Origin: a virus
Direction: 5' to 3' (one strand)
Length of the DNA stretch: 64,000 bases
IMG/VR virus record: IMGVR_UViG_3300027026_000014
Location: 1,586-65,585 of that record
Part shown: positions 57,193-64,000 of the stretch, piece by piece
Position numbering within the stretch: position 1 is the first letter of the stretch
How the letters are laid out: the number at the start of each line of letters is the position of its first letter
Position numbers and translations under genes: made by a program
The notes under the pieces: model-generated
The model's input: the letters and a program-made list of their open reading frames with translations, nothing else
What the model was told of the DNA's origin: nothing
The model's database searches: none

Positions 57193-57595
57193 GAAGTATC
57201 AGCCTAAACAGAAGGCACTCGATCTACTGATGGGAAACCTGCGTATTACTGCGCTGGAATCCTATGGCAAAGACGAAAATGGAGACGGTATCTACCGCTC
57301 CAACATGCCCTTTGCCGTTGTTGAACAGGCGGTGGACACTCCCCGCCGCTGGTTCATCGAGGCTGTTGTGGTCTGTGATCCCGGGTCGGGTCAGGACCTC
57401 TACGAGGAAGTGGAGTCCTTCCTCACTGACCCGGTTCGCATCAACGATATCGCCGACGAAATACTCGCTGCTATCGAGCGGATAAAACGGAATGATGTCA
57501 ACCACAAACAAATCATCGACTGGGGCTGGCGAGCACGACTCGTAACACCGCAGTTACTGAAGGAATTGGAGAGGGAAGAACGTGAAGCCGCATAG
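57140..57595 (+). CDS. hypothetical protein (≤151 aa)
   Basis: ORF. Confidence 0.3.
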   Translation: MKYPGKHPTMARNRKPRKKYQPKQKALDLLMGNLRITALESYGKDENGDGIYRSNMPFAVVEQAVDTPRRWFIEAVVVCDPGSGQDLYEEVESFLTDPVRINDIADEILAAIERIKRNDVNHKQIIDWGWRARLVTPQLLKELEREEREAA

Positions 57596-57902
57596 CCCAA
57601 CACCTAACACCTTAGCCAGTGCCGAGACCTATCAAACCCTGTGCCTTAGCAGTGCACATTTGAAATTAGAAGATGCCCAGGTGCTGCAGTGCCATCGGGA
57701 CACCATTGCACAGGATAATTACGGTTTTCATGTCTGGCTGTGCGAGGACAAAGACGAAGCACCCGTTTTCGAACGGCTCTGGCGGGATCTCAGTCCCGCC
57801 GCGAGAAAAATCCTGACGGATATCCGGGATGCAGGTTTCCGCTACGCGCACTTCGATTGTGACGCGGGCTACATCGACAATTATCCGATCTTCGAATGGT
57901 AA
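57582..57902 (+). CDS. hypothetical protein (106 aa)
   Basis: ORF. Confidence 0.3.
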   Translation: MKPHSPTPNTLASAETYQTLCLSSAHLKLEDAQVLQCHRDTIAQDNYGFHVWLCEDKDEAPVFERLWRDLSPAARKILTDIRDAGFRYAHFDCDAGYIDNYPIFEW

Positions 57903-57906
57903 AGCG

Positions 57907-59277
57907 ATGAAACTTGAACTCTACACCCACCAGAAACTCACCAGTGAATTCCTGCAGCGCACGCCGCGGGGGTTCATCACCAGCGACCCCGGTACCGGTA
58001 AAACGTCCAGCTGCCTCGATGCGGTGCTGGCGGCAATTGAAGAAGATCCGGAAACCCGGGTTCTGGTCCTGGCACCGCTGTCAATCCTGGAACCCGCCTG
58101 GGGTGGCGATATCCGCAAGTTCACCGACCTCAGCTACCGTATTGCCCACGGCACACCGAAGAAGCGCGAAGAAGCCATGCGCTCCGCCAGCCGCATCGTC
58201 ATCACCAACCATGATGCGGTGAACTGGATCGCCAAGGACCCGACCCTGTACAGTGGTTTCACCCACCTCATCATCGATGAGTTCACCGCGTACAAAAACC
58301 GCGCTACCCAACGCTCCAAGGCACTACAGAAAATCGCCTACAAGATCCCGCACCTATGGATGCTATCCGGTACCCCGACCAGTAACTCAGTGACCGATAT
58401 CTGGTTCCCGGGCCTGCTGGTGGATCAGGGCCAGCGACTGGGCCCAAATTTCTTCCGCTTCCGCGAGCAGGTTCAGAGCCCAATACAAACCGGCCCAGAT
58501 CCCATGCACCGCAAATGGGAAGATAAAGCCGGTGCCCAGGAAGCCGTAGCCGACCGGCTCAAGGACATCACCATCCGCTTCCGCTTCGAGGACTGCGTCG
58601 ATATCCCGCCGAACGTACACCACACGATCGAACTGGAAATGCCCGCCTGGCTGCGCAAAAAATACGTCGAGTTCGAAAAGACCGATTGGCTGGTGACCGA
58701 GAATGGAACCGTCAACACCGTGCACGCCAGCGCTCGTGTGCGCAAATTGCTACAGATGCTTTCCGGTGCGGTGTACGACACCGACGGCAAGCCGATCAAG
58801 GTACACAACGAGCGCTACGAACTGGTACTCGGGCTGATCGAGGAGCGCGAACAGTGTGTCGTCGCCTTCAACTGGAAACACGAGTTGGAAGCACTTAAAG
58901 CCGAAGCCGATAAACGCGGGCTCTCTTATGGCGTCATTAACGGAGACACCCCTTCCCGGGAACGGGTGCGCATCGTTGACGAATTCCAGGCCGGTCGCCT
59001 GCGCATCGTGTTCGCGCACCCACAGTCAGCCGGCCACGGCCTGACCCTGACACGCGGCACCACCACCATCTGGTGTAGCCCGACTTACAACGGTGAGCAC
59101 TTCGAACAGTTCAACGCGCGCATCTATCGTACCGGGCAAACTCGAAAGACCGAAACTATACGCATTGCATATAGCGATTCGAAAGAAATCGAGGTATATT
59201 CAGCGCTCGACAAGAAATTGACGGGCATGAACGACCTCCTGGATCTGTTCCAACAACTCAGCACTCAGGCTGCATAG
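57907..59277 (+). CDS. SNF2-family DNA helicase/translocase
   Basis: Walker A DPGTGKTS, DExx box LIIDEF, LSGTP motif, motif VI QSAGHGLTLTRGTT...GQTR. Confidence 0.8.
   Translation: MKLELYTHQKLTSEFLQRTPRGFITSDPGTGKTSSCLDAVLAAIEEDPETRVLVLAPLSILEPAWGGDIRKFTDLSYRIAHGTPKKREEAMRSASRIVITNHDAVNWIAKDPTLYSGFTHLIIDEFTAYKNRATQRSKALQKIAYKIPHLWMLSGTPTSNSVTDIWFPGLLVDQGQRLGPNFFRFREQVQSPIQTGPDPMHRKWEDKAGAQEAVADRLKDITIRFRFEDCVDIPPNVHHTIELEMPAWLRKKYVEFEKTDWLVTENGTVNTVHASARVRKLLQMLSGAVYDTDGKPIKVHNERYELVLGLIEEREQCVVAFNWKHELEALKAEADKRGLSYGVINGDTPSRERVRIVDEFQAGRLRIVFAHPQSAGHGLTLTRGTTTIWCSPTYNGEHFEQFNARIYRTGQTRKTETIRIAYSDSKEIEVYSALDKKLTGMNDLLDLFQQLSTQAA
59166..59184 (+). promoter_or_regulatory. palindromic operator/promoter motif copy 11 (CTATACGCATTGCATATAG) embedded in 3' end of SNF2 coding sequence
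   Basis: Sequence. Confidence 0.45.
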
Positions 59278-59285
59278 GGAGACTC

Positions 59286-59699
59286 ATGGAAGCACTAGAC
59301 ACCACCAATATTCCGGTCGAGGAAATGTCGATTTCCGACCTGATCGATCGCTCACTGTATCTGCGCGACGAGGCTTCCGCGCTCGAGCGCCAGAAGAAAG
59401 CCCTCGATGAGGAACGCAAGGACATCGACCGCCAGATCAACGCGCTCATGGAAGCGCAGGGTCTGGACCGCACCGGCAACGCCAATGCCAACGTCACCCG
59501 TTCGAAGAAACGCCTGGCCACTGCCTGTGACTGGGACGCCTTCAACGAATATGTGTTGGAGAAAGGCGCCACCTACTTGTTCCAGCGCCGTCTGAGCCAG
59601 AAGGCCCTGGAAGAAGAAATGTCCCTCCTGCCCGAGGGCGAAACCCTGCCCGGCATCAGCATTTACGAAGAAAGCAGCATTTCCCTTCGTCGCCGGTAA
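59286..59699 (+). CDS. hypothetical coiled-coil protein (137 aa)
   Basis: ORF, GGGAGA RBS. Confidence 0.4.
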   Translation: MEALDTTNIPVEEMSISDLIDRSLYLRDEASALERQKKALDEERKDIDRQINALMEAQGLDRTGNANANVTRSKKRLATACDWDAFNEYVLEKGATYLFQRRLSQKALEEEMSLLPEGETLPGISIYEESSISLRRR

Positions 59700-59718
59700 C
59701 TATACACATTGCATATAG
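59700..59718 (+). promoter_or_regulatory. palindromic operator/promoter motif copy 12 (CTATACACATTGCATATAG)
   Basis: Immediately upstream of 59730 gene. Confidence 0.5.
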
Positions 59719-59729
59719 AGAAACTTCGA

Positions 59730-60404
59730 ATGACAGAAACAGCTCTCGCCATTTTCGGTTCCGACACTAATGCCCTGCCCGCCCACCTGCAGGAGGCCAT
59801 GGAGCGCGACCGCGCCCTGGGTAACGAAAACGTCTCTGCAGAAGATCAGGCAGTCCCCCGCATTTCCCTGCTGCAAGCCCTGAGCCCTCAGATCGACGAC
59901 GTCGAGGGCGCACGCCCAGGTCAATTCCATATCAGCACCACTAACGAACTGGTGGATAGCCTCATGGTGATCAACCTGGCCTTCCGCAAGGAATGGGCCG
60001 TGTTTAAAGACAAGGATCTGGGAGGCGGTTTTAACGGCTCCTACGAATCCGAAGCCGCAGCGCGTGCGCACGTGGATACCCTGCCCGGCAACGCCTCCGA
60101 CTACCAAATCATCGAGACCGCCAAGCACGCCCTGCTGGTGCTGGACGAAGAAGGTAATCCGGCCTACCCGGCGGAAATGTTTTTCAAATCCTCGGCCCTG
60201 AATCAGAGCCGCAAATGGAACAGCGAGATCAGCATCAAGAATGGTAATGCCCCGCGTTTTGCCACCGTCTGGAAGCTGTCCCCACTGAAGCGCAAAAACG
60301 ACCGTGGTACCTGGTACGTACCCCAGACCGAGTTCCTGGGTTACGCCCCCGAAGCCCTGTACAACGAAGCGAAGGCACTCTACACCGCCATCGCCCCCAA
60401 GTAA
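59730..60404 (+). CDS. hypothetical protein (224 aa)
   Basis: ORF. Confidence 0.45.
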   Translation: MTETALAIFGSDTNALPAHLQEAMERDRALGNENVSAEDQAVPRISLLQALSPQIDDVEGARPGQFHISTTNELVDSLMVINLAFRKEWAVFKDKDLGGGFNGSYESEAAARAHVDTLPGNASDYQIIETAKHALLVLDEEGNPAYPAEMFFKSSALNQSRKWNSEISIKNGNAPRFATVWKLSPLKRKNDRGTWYVPQTEFLGYAPEALYNEAKALYTAIAPK

Positions 60405-60619
60405 CAGCAAGCCGCGGGTAACCGCGGCTTAGTACCGACTATTGGGTGGGGGGTTACCTCCTGTACGGCGACGGCGGCCGTCGACAACGCCTCTTATCGC
60501 TAACCGATCGGTTCCCCACGTTTTCATGGCCGACGGCAGTGCGCAAACCGGACCCCCGTAATGGTATCACCGGAAATTCGAGGTGCCGCCGATATCAATC
60601 AGCTACGGAACTGAAATTT

Positions 60620-61291
60620 ATGCACTCTACTTGGACCAACAACCCCAATCCAGAGCCCCCGGTCATGGGTTCGGGGTTCCACAACGTCATGGTGGACATC
60701 GAGACACTGGGTACCGGCAAAGACGCCGCGGTGATTACCATAGGTGCCTGCGCCTTTAGCCTGGACGCACCGGTCGAAGATGACGCATTCATCGGCGAGA
60801 CTTTCCAGTGCAACATCCATCCAAAGCACTGCGAGGCCGCCGGTATGTCCATCGACATGAACACCGTACTCTGGTGGATGACCCAGCCGGACGAAGCCCG
60901 CCAGGCACTGGCCAGCAAAAATGCGCTTTCGGTGACAGAAGCCCTCGAGGGTTTTACCGAGTTCGTAAAACGCTGCCGCGCAACCAATCGCGCCGGACGC
61001 CTCAACTTTTGGGCCAACGACCCGGACTTCGACGGCGTCATTCTTGAGAGCGCCTACCGCGCGGTCAATATGACTCAGCCGTGGAACTATTACGAAACCC
61101 GAAGCCTGCGCACGATTAAAATGTTAGGCACTCGTTTTCTCGGTGAGAAAGAGAAATGGGACCTGACCCGCGAGGGGACCCACCACAACGCAATGGATGA
61201 CGCCATTCACCAGGCGCGCGTTGTTCGATACGTACTGGACAAGATTGGTCCGTACGGTGAACGAACACAGCTTCGTTCAGAGTGTGCATAG
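60620..61291 (+). CDS. DnaQ-like 3'-5' exonuclease (DEDDh)
   Basis: VDIETLG (Exo I), ...HNAMDDA (Exo III H-x4-D); start could alternatively be Met at 60665. Confidence 0.7.
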   Translation: MHSTWTNNPNPEPPVMGSGFHNVMVDIETLGTGKDAAVITIGACAFSLDAPVEDDAFIGETFQCNIHPKHCEAAGMSIDMNTVLWWMTQPDEARQALASKNALSVTEALEGFTEFVKRCRATNRAGRLNFWANDPDFDGVILESAYRAVNMTQPWNYYETRSLRTIKMLGTRFLGEKEKWDLTREGTHHNAMDDAIHQARVVRYVLDKIGPYGERTQLRSECA

Positions 61292-61667
61292 GCAACTCAA
61301 GAAGCACTCTGATATTTTCCTCTGGAAGATCAATGACCGCTTCGCCGGTGGGACCCCCGATGCCTTTATCGAGGGTCCCAAAGGTGACCTTTGGGTGGAA
61401 TACAAATTTTTGAAGCCCTTTCCAAAGCGGGATGACACTCTTATTGACCTGACGCAGGTCAAATATTTAAGTAAGAACCAGCAACACTGGCTGAAACGAC
61501 GCGAAAGAATTCGCAAAGATACGCTCGTGGTCGTTGGTTCGGATCACGGAAGTTGCGTCTTTTTTGAGAATGAGTGGGAATCTCCGTTAACTGCTGGCGA
61601 ATTTCGTCAAAAAAGCATGCAACTACGCGACTTAGTTAACACTATCCTACGTAGAATCAAGTGCTAG
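61284..61667 (+). CDS. PD-(D/E)xK nuclease-like protein (VRR-NUC/Hjc-type candidate), GTG start
   Basis: GGTPDAFIEG....LWVEYKF = PD...(E)xK core; lower-GC segment. Confidence 0.4.
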   Translation: MHRQLKKHSDIFLWKINDRFAGGTPDAFIEGPKGDLWVEYKFLKPFPKRDDTLIDLTQVKYLSKNQQHWLKRRERIRKDTLVVVGSDHGSCVFFENEWESPLTAGEFRQKSMQLRDLVNTILRRIKC

Positions 61668-61672
61668 GGGGC

Positions 61673-61698
61673 TATTTACATATACAATGTAAATATTT
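61673..61698 (+). promoter_or_regulatory. divergent copy 13 of palindromic motif (TATTTACATATACAATGTAAATATTT) upstream of repressor gene
   Basis: Palindrome ATTTACAT-ATACA-ATGTAAAT sharing the TATACAATG core. Confidence 0.4.
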
Positions 61699-61742
61699 AG
61701 ACTGGCCATCCCTAGCAAGACCAGCCTTTTTACGAGGATCGT

Positions 61743-62450
61743 ATGACGGCAGAAATTAGACGGATTGTTACTCCTCAAGACCGGGAAGCCGCCCGTCGAC
61801 TCAAGCAATTGTTTGAGCAGAAAAAATATACCGATGGATTGACCCAGGTAGAGTTGGCGCGGCGGACCGGAATCCCCCAACCCAACCTAAGCCAATACAT
61901 GAACGGGGTGATTGCCCTGAAAAATGCCGACACGGTTTTTAACCTGGCTAATGCCTTAGGCGTTAACCCCGCAGAAATCGACCCAAGATTTGAAGCACGT
62001 TACAAGTCGGTCGAGGTTAAAGAACAAAACAATCTACCCCTGAAATCCATGTCGAGCGGTGAGCCCTACGATGTGCAGAAACGCACACGGGTAAACACGG
62101 AGGCCCTACCCACGGCCTACGGTATCGTCGTCGACACAGCGACTTACGCACCTATCTATCAACGCGACGATATTCTGGTTGCAGACTCCAAAGCGCTATT
62201 ACGCATCGACCGTACAGTCGCGGTCCAGTACAACAACCGGGAACCAAGATTTTATCTCTACCGGTTACTGAATGTGACCAACCGTGGGATTGAAGTAACC
62301 AGCATCCCCGGTGGCCGCGAAATCATGGAGGATGCCACTGTCTCCCGTCGGGCAGCGCTTGAGGAGTTCTTCCCTTCCGAGAGCATTACGATCCTGCTCG
62401 CGGATCTGAAACATTGCCACCGCGTGCGCATGGTGGACGAAAAGAACTGA
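61743..62450 (+). CDS. HTH (XRE/CI-like) transcriptional repressor with C-terminal domain
   Basis: LTQVELARRTGIPQPNLSQYMNG helix-turn-helix; 235 aa CI-like two-domain size. Confidence 0.6.
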   Translation: MTAEIRRIVTPQDREAARRLKQLFEQKKYTDGLTQVELARRTGIPQPNLSQYMNGVIALKNADTVFNLANALGVNPAEIDPRFEARYKSVEVKEQNNLPLKSMSSGEPYDVQKRTRVNTEALPTAYGIVVDTATYAPIYQRDDILVADSKALLRIDRTVAVQYNNREPRFYLYRLLNVTNRGIEVTSIPGGREIMEDATVSRRAALEEFFPSESITILLADLKHCHRVRMVDEKN

Positions 62451-62467
62451 AAACGTAGGGCGAGCCC

Positions 62468-62497
62468 CTACCCCACCCTTGAGGTGGGGTATTTTTT
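62468..62497 (+). terminator. rho-independent terminator CCCCACCC-TTGA-GGTGGGG + TATTTTTT
   Basis: Sequence. Confidence 0.55.
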
Positions 62498-62505
62498 CCC
62501 GGAGA

Positions 62506-62524
62506 ATATATACAATGCATATAC
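62506..62524 (+). promoter_or_regulatory. palindromic operator/promoter motif copy 14 (ATATATACAATGCATATAC)
   Basis: 50 bp upstream of 62573 gene. Confidence 0.55.
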
Positions 62525-62572
62525 CCCACGTAGGAGCGCGGGAATAACCCTGAAGGACTGCCGGCAACTCAC

Positions 62573-63172
62573 ATGCACGCAGAACTTGACCCCACCGGTG
62601 CCAGCCCCCACGAGCCCGGAGCCAAACTCGATGGCGGTAAGCCCCCGGTTTTTCGCGGTGCCATTGAATACTTCCCCCGCGCCCTGCGCGAAATTGCCAT
62701 GGTGAGTCTGAAGGGTGCAGAGAAGTACACCTGGAAAGGCTGGAAAGACGTCCCGGAGGCCGAAACCCGGTACCTCGATGCGCTGATGCGCCACTTGATG
62801 TATGTCGCCGAAGGCAAATTCCTCGACGACGGCCCCGGCGGCACCAACATGCCCCACATCGCCCAGGTTGCGTGGAATGCTCTGGCCGTGCTGGAACTCA
62901 CATTGGAACGCATCCAGCTTCCCCAGCCGATCACTGCCATGTCCGACCTGAGCGACGAGGAGATCGACGAGCTATTCAAATCCTGGGGGCTGGAACCCGT
63001 AGCCTGGGACGACCACCCCAAACAACCACTGAATTCCACCGCCGCGCAGGAGATCGTCGAACGCCAGTTCGGAAACCAGACCCTGACCGGCGAACAGCTG
63101 GACCTCTTTCTGGAAAACAACCGTCTGATCGATGCCGCAGAGGAACGCGAACTTGGAAAGATTACAGAATAA
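62573..63172 (+). CDS. hypothetical protein, possibly dATP/dGTP pyrophosphohydrolase-like N-terminal domain family (199 aa)
   Basis: KLDGGKPP...PRAL.EIA.V...GAEKY...ETRYLDALMRH resembles a phage nucleotide-pyrophosphohydrolase-associated domain; assignment from memory only. Confidence 0.35.
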   Translation: MHAELDPTGASPHEPGAKLDGGKPPVFRGAIEYFPRALREIAMVSLKGAEKYTWKGWKDVPEAETRYLDALMRHLMYVAEGKFLDDGPGGTNMPHIAQVAWNALAVLELTLERIQLPQPITAMSDLSDEEIDELFKSWGLEPVAWDDHPKQPLNSTAAQEIVERQFGNQTLTGEQLDLFLENNRLIDAAEERELGKITE

Positions 63173-63182
63173 TGCCCCGTCA

Positions 63183-64000
63183 ATGCGGGGCATCGACCTG
63201 TTTGCCGGCATCGGTGGAAGTTCCACCGGTGCCAAGGCCGCCGGCTGCCACATCGTCTGGGCCGCCAACCACTGGCCCGAGGCAGTGAACTGGCATGCGC
63301 AGAACCACCCGGACACCCTCCACGCCTGCCAGGACCTGCACCAGGCCCGCTGGGAGGAACTGCCACCCCATGACCTGATGCTGGCCAGTCCCTGCTGTCA
63401 GGGACACAGCAACGCCCGCGGTAAGAACCGCCCCGAACATGACGCCAGCCGCTCCACCGCCTGGGCGCCTATCGCCGCAGCGGAGGTACATAAACAAGAC
63501 GTGGTCGTGATCGAGAACGTCCCCGAGTTCACCGACTGGGCGCTCTACGGCCCATGGGTGGACTGCTGGAATCGCCTCGGCTACAGCGTGTCACCGCACA
63601 TCATTGATGCCGCCGACCACGGTGTTGCCCAGCACCGAGTGCGCCTGTTCCTGGTCTGTACCCGGTCCCGGAACCCTGTACAGCTGTCCCTGCCCCGTCA
63701 GCCGCAGACCAGTGCCGCCGAGATCATCGACCTCGACACCGGTAACTGGTCCCGGATCGACAAACCTGGCCGGAGTCCGAAGACCCTGGCCCGGGCCCGT
63801 GCGGGTCGCGCGCGTTTCGGGGAACTGTTCGTAATGCCGTTCTACGGTTCGGGGTCCGGGCTCACGGGTCGGGATATCCGTCGGCCGCTGGGCACCCTCA
63901 CCACCCGTGACCGCTGGGCCGTGGTACATGGCGATCGGATGCGCATGCTTACTAAAGAGGAAGTGCGCCGCGGCATGGGGTTCCCGGACGGGACACTGCT
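63183..64000 (+). CDS. DNA (cytosine-5)-methyltransferase, 3' end beyond window
   Basis: Motif I IDLFAGIGG, motif IV ASPCCQGHS (PC motif), motif VI ENV; open to window end so absent from ORF track. Confidence 0.8.
   Translation, partial: MRGIDLFAGIGGSSTGAKAAGCHIVWAANHWPEAVNWHAQNHPDTLHACQDLHQARWEELPPHDLMLASPCCQGHSNARGKNRPEHDASRSTAWAPIAAAEVHKQDVVVIENVPEFTDWALYGPWVDCWNRLGYSVSPHIIDAADHGVAQHRVRLFLVCTRSRNPVQLSLPRQPQTSAAEIIDLDTGNWSRIDKPGRSPKTLARARAGRARFGELFVMPFYGSGSGLTGRDIRRPLGTLTTRDRWAVVHGDRMRMLTKEEVRRGMGFPDGTL

Overview
High-GC gammaproteobacterial-type DNA. Bases 1-3680 are host chromosome: a large membrane-anchored hypothetical protein and the APS kinase cysC, both on the minus strand. At 3683-3740 lies the 3' part of a tRNA gene (T-arm, acceptor and CCA, without a recognisable 5' half), read here as the attachment-site remnant of a prophage that occupies the rest of the window and runs past its end (at least 60 kb). 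No integrase, full tRNA or other boundary is visible inside the window.

The prophage has two opposed arms. The leftward late arm (37997 down to about 7800, minus strand) encodes an HNH endonuclease, TerS, TerL, dUTPase, portal, scaffold, major capsid and a run of virion proteins including a 2218-aa giant protein with an N-terminal SNase-like domain. It then carries a lysis cassette (membrane protein, holin, M15 endolysin) embedded among the structural genes, followed by a tail protein, a 1446-aa tail fibre with a C-terminal S74-type chaperone domain, a second tail fibre, a fibre-assembly chaperone and two small unknown ORFs. There is no tape measure or sheath, so the virion looks podovirus-like, and the gene order resembles temperate Bcep22-type podoviruses. 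Between the tRNA remnant and the tail genes sits a low-GC cargo region with a CoiA-like nuclease-family protein and an AHH-nuclease toxin with a start-overlapping immunity gene.

The rightward early arm (38426 to 64000, plus strand) begins with many small, mostly membrane proteins, each followed by the same family of terminator hairpins, then an SPFH/band-7 protein. A ThiS/MoaD-like ubiquitin-like protein, an E1-like adenylyltransferase, a JAB/JAMM peptidase and two large unknown proteins (one with a CC-rich C-terminal repeat) follow as a cluster. The replication module has a family-A DNA polymerase, a D5-like primase-helicase, a Cas4-like nuclease with four Fe-S cysteines, an SNF2 helicase, a DnaQ-like exonuclease and a PD-(D/E)xK nuclease. 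A CI-like HTH repressor, a possible nucleotide pyrophosphohydrolase-like protein and a C5 cytosine methyltransferase that runs off the window end complete the arm.

The most striking non-coding signal is a roughly 19-bp AT-rich palindrome (TATAT-RC-N3-GY-ATATA) found 14 times in intergenic regions of both arms. It sits almost always in the spacer and -10 region of sigma70-like promoters, as if one dimeric regulator gates the whole phage genome. A 570-bp non-coding block (38910-39480) carries two further repeat families that look like iterons or operators.
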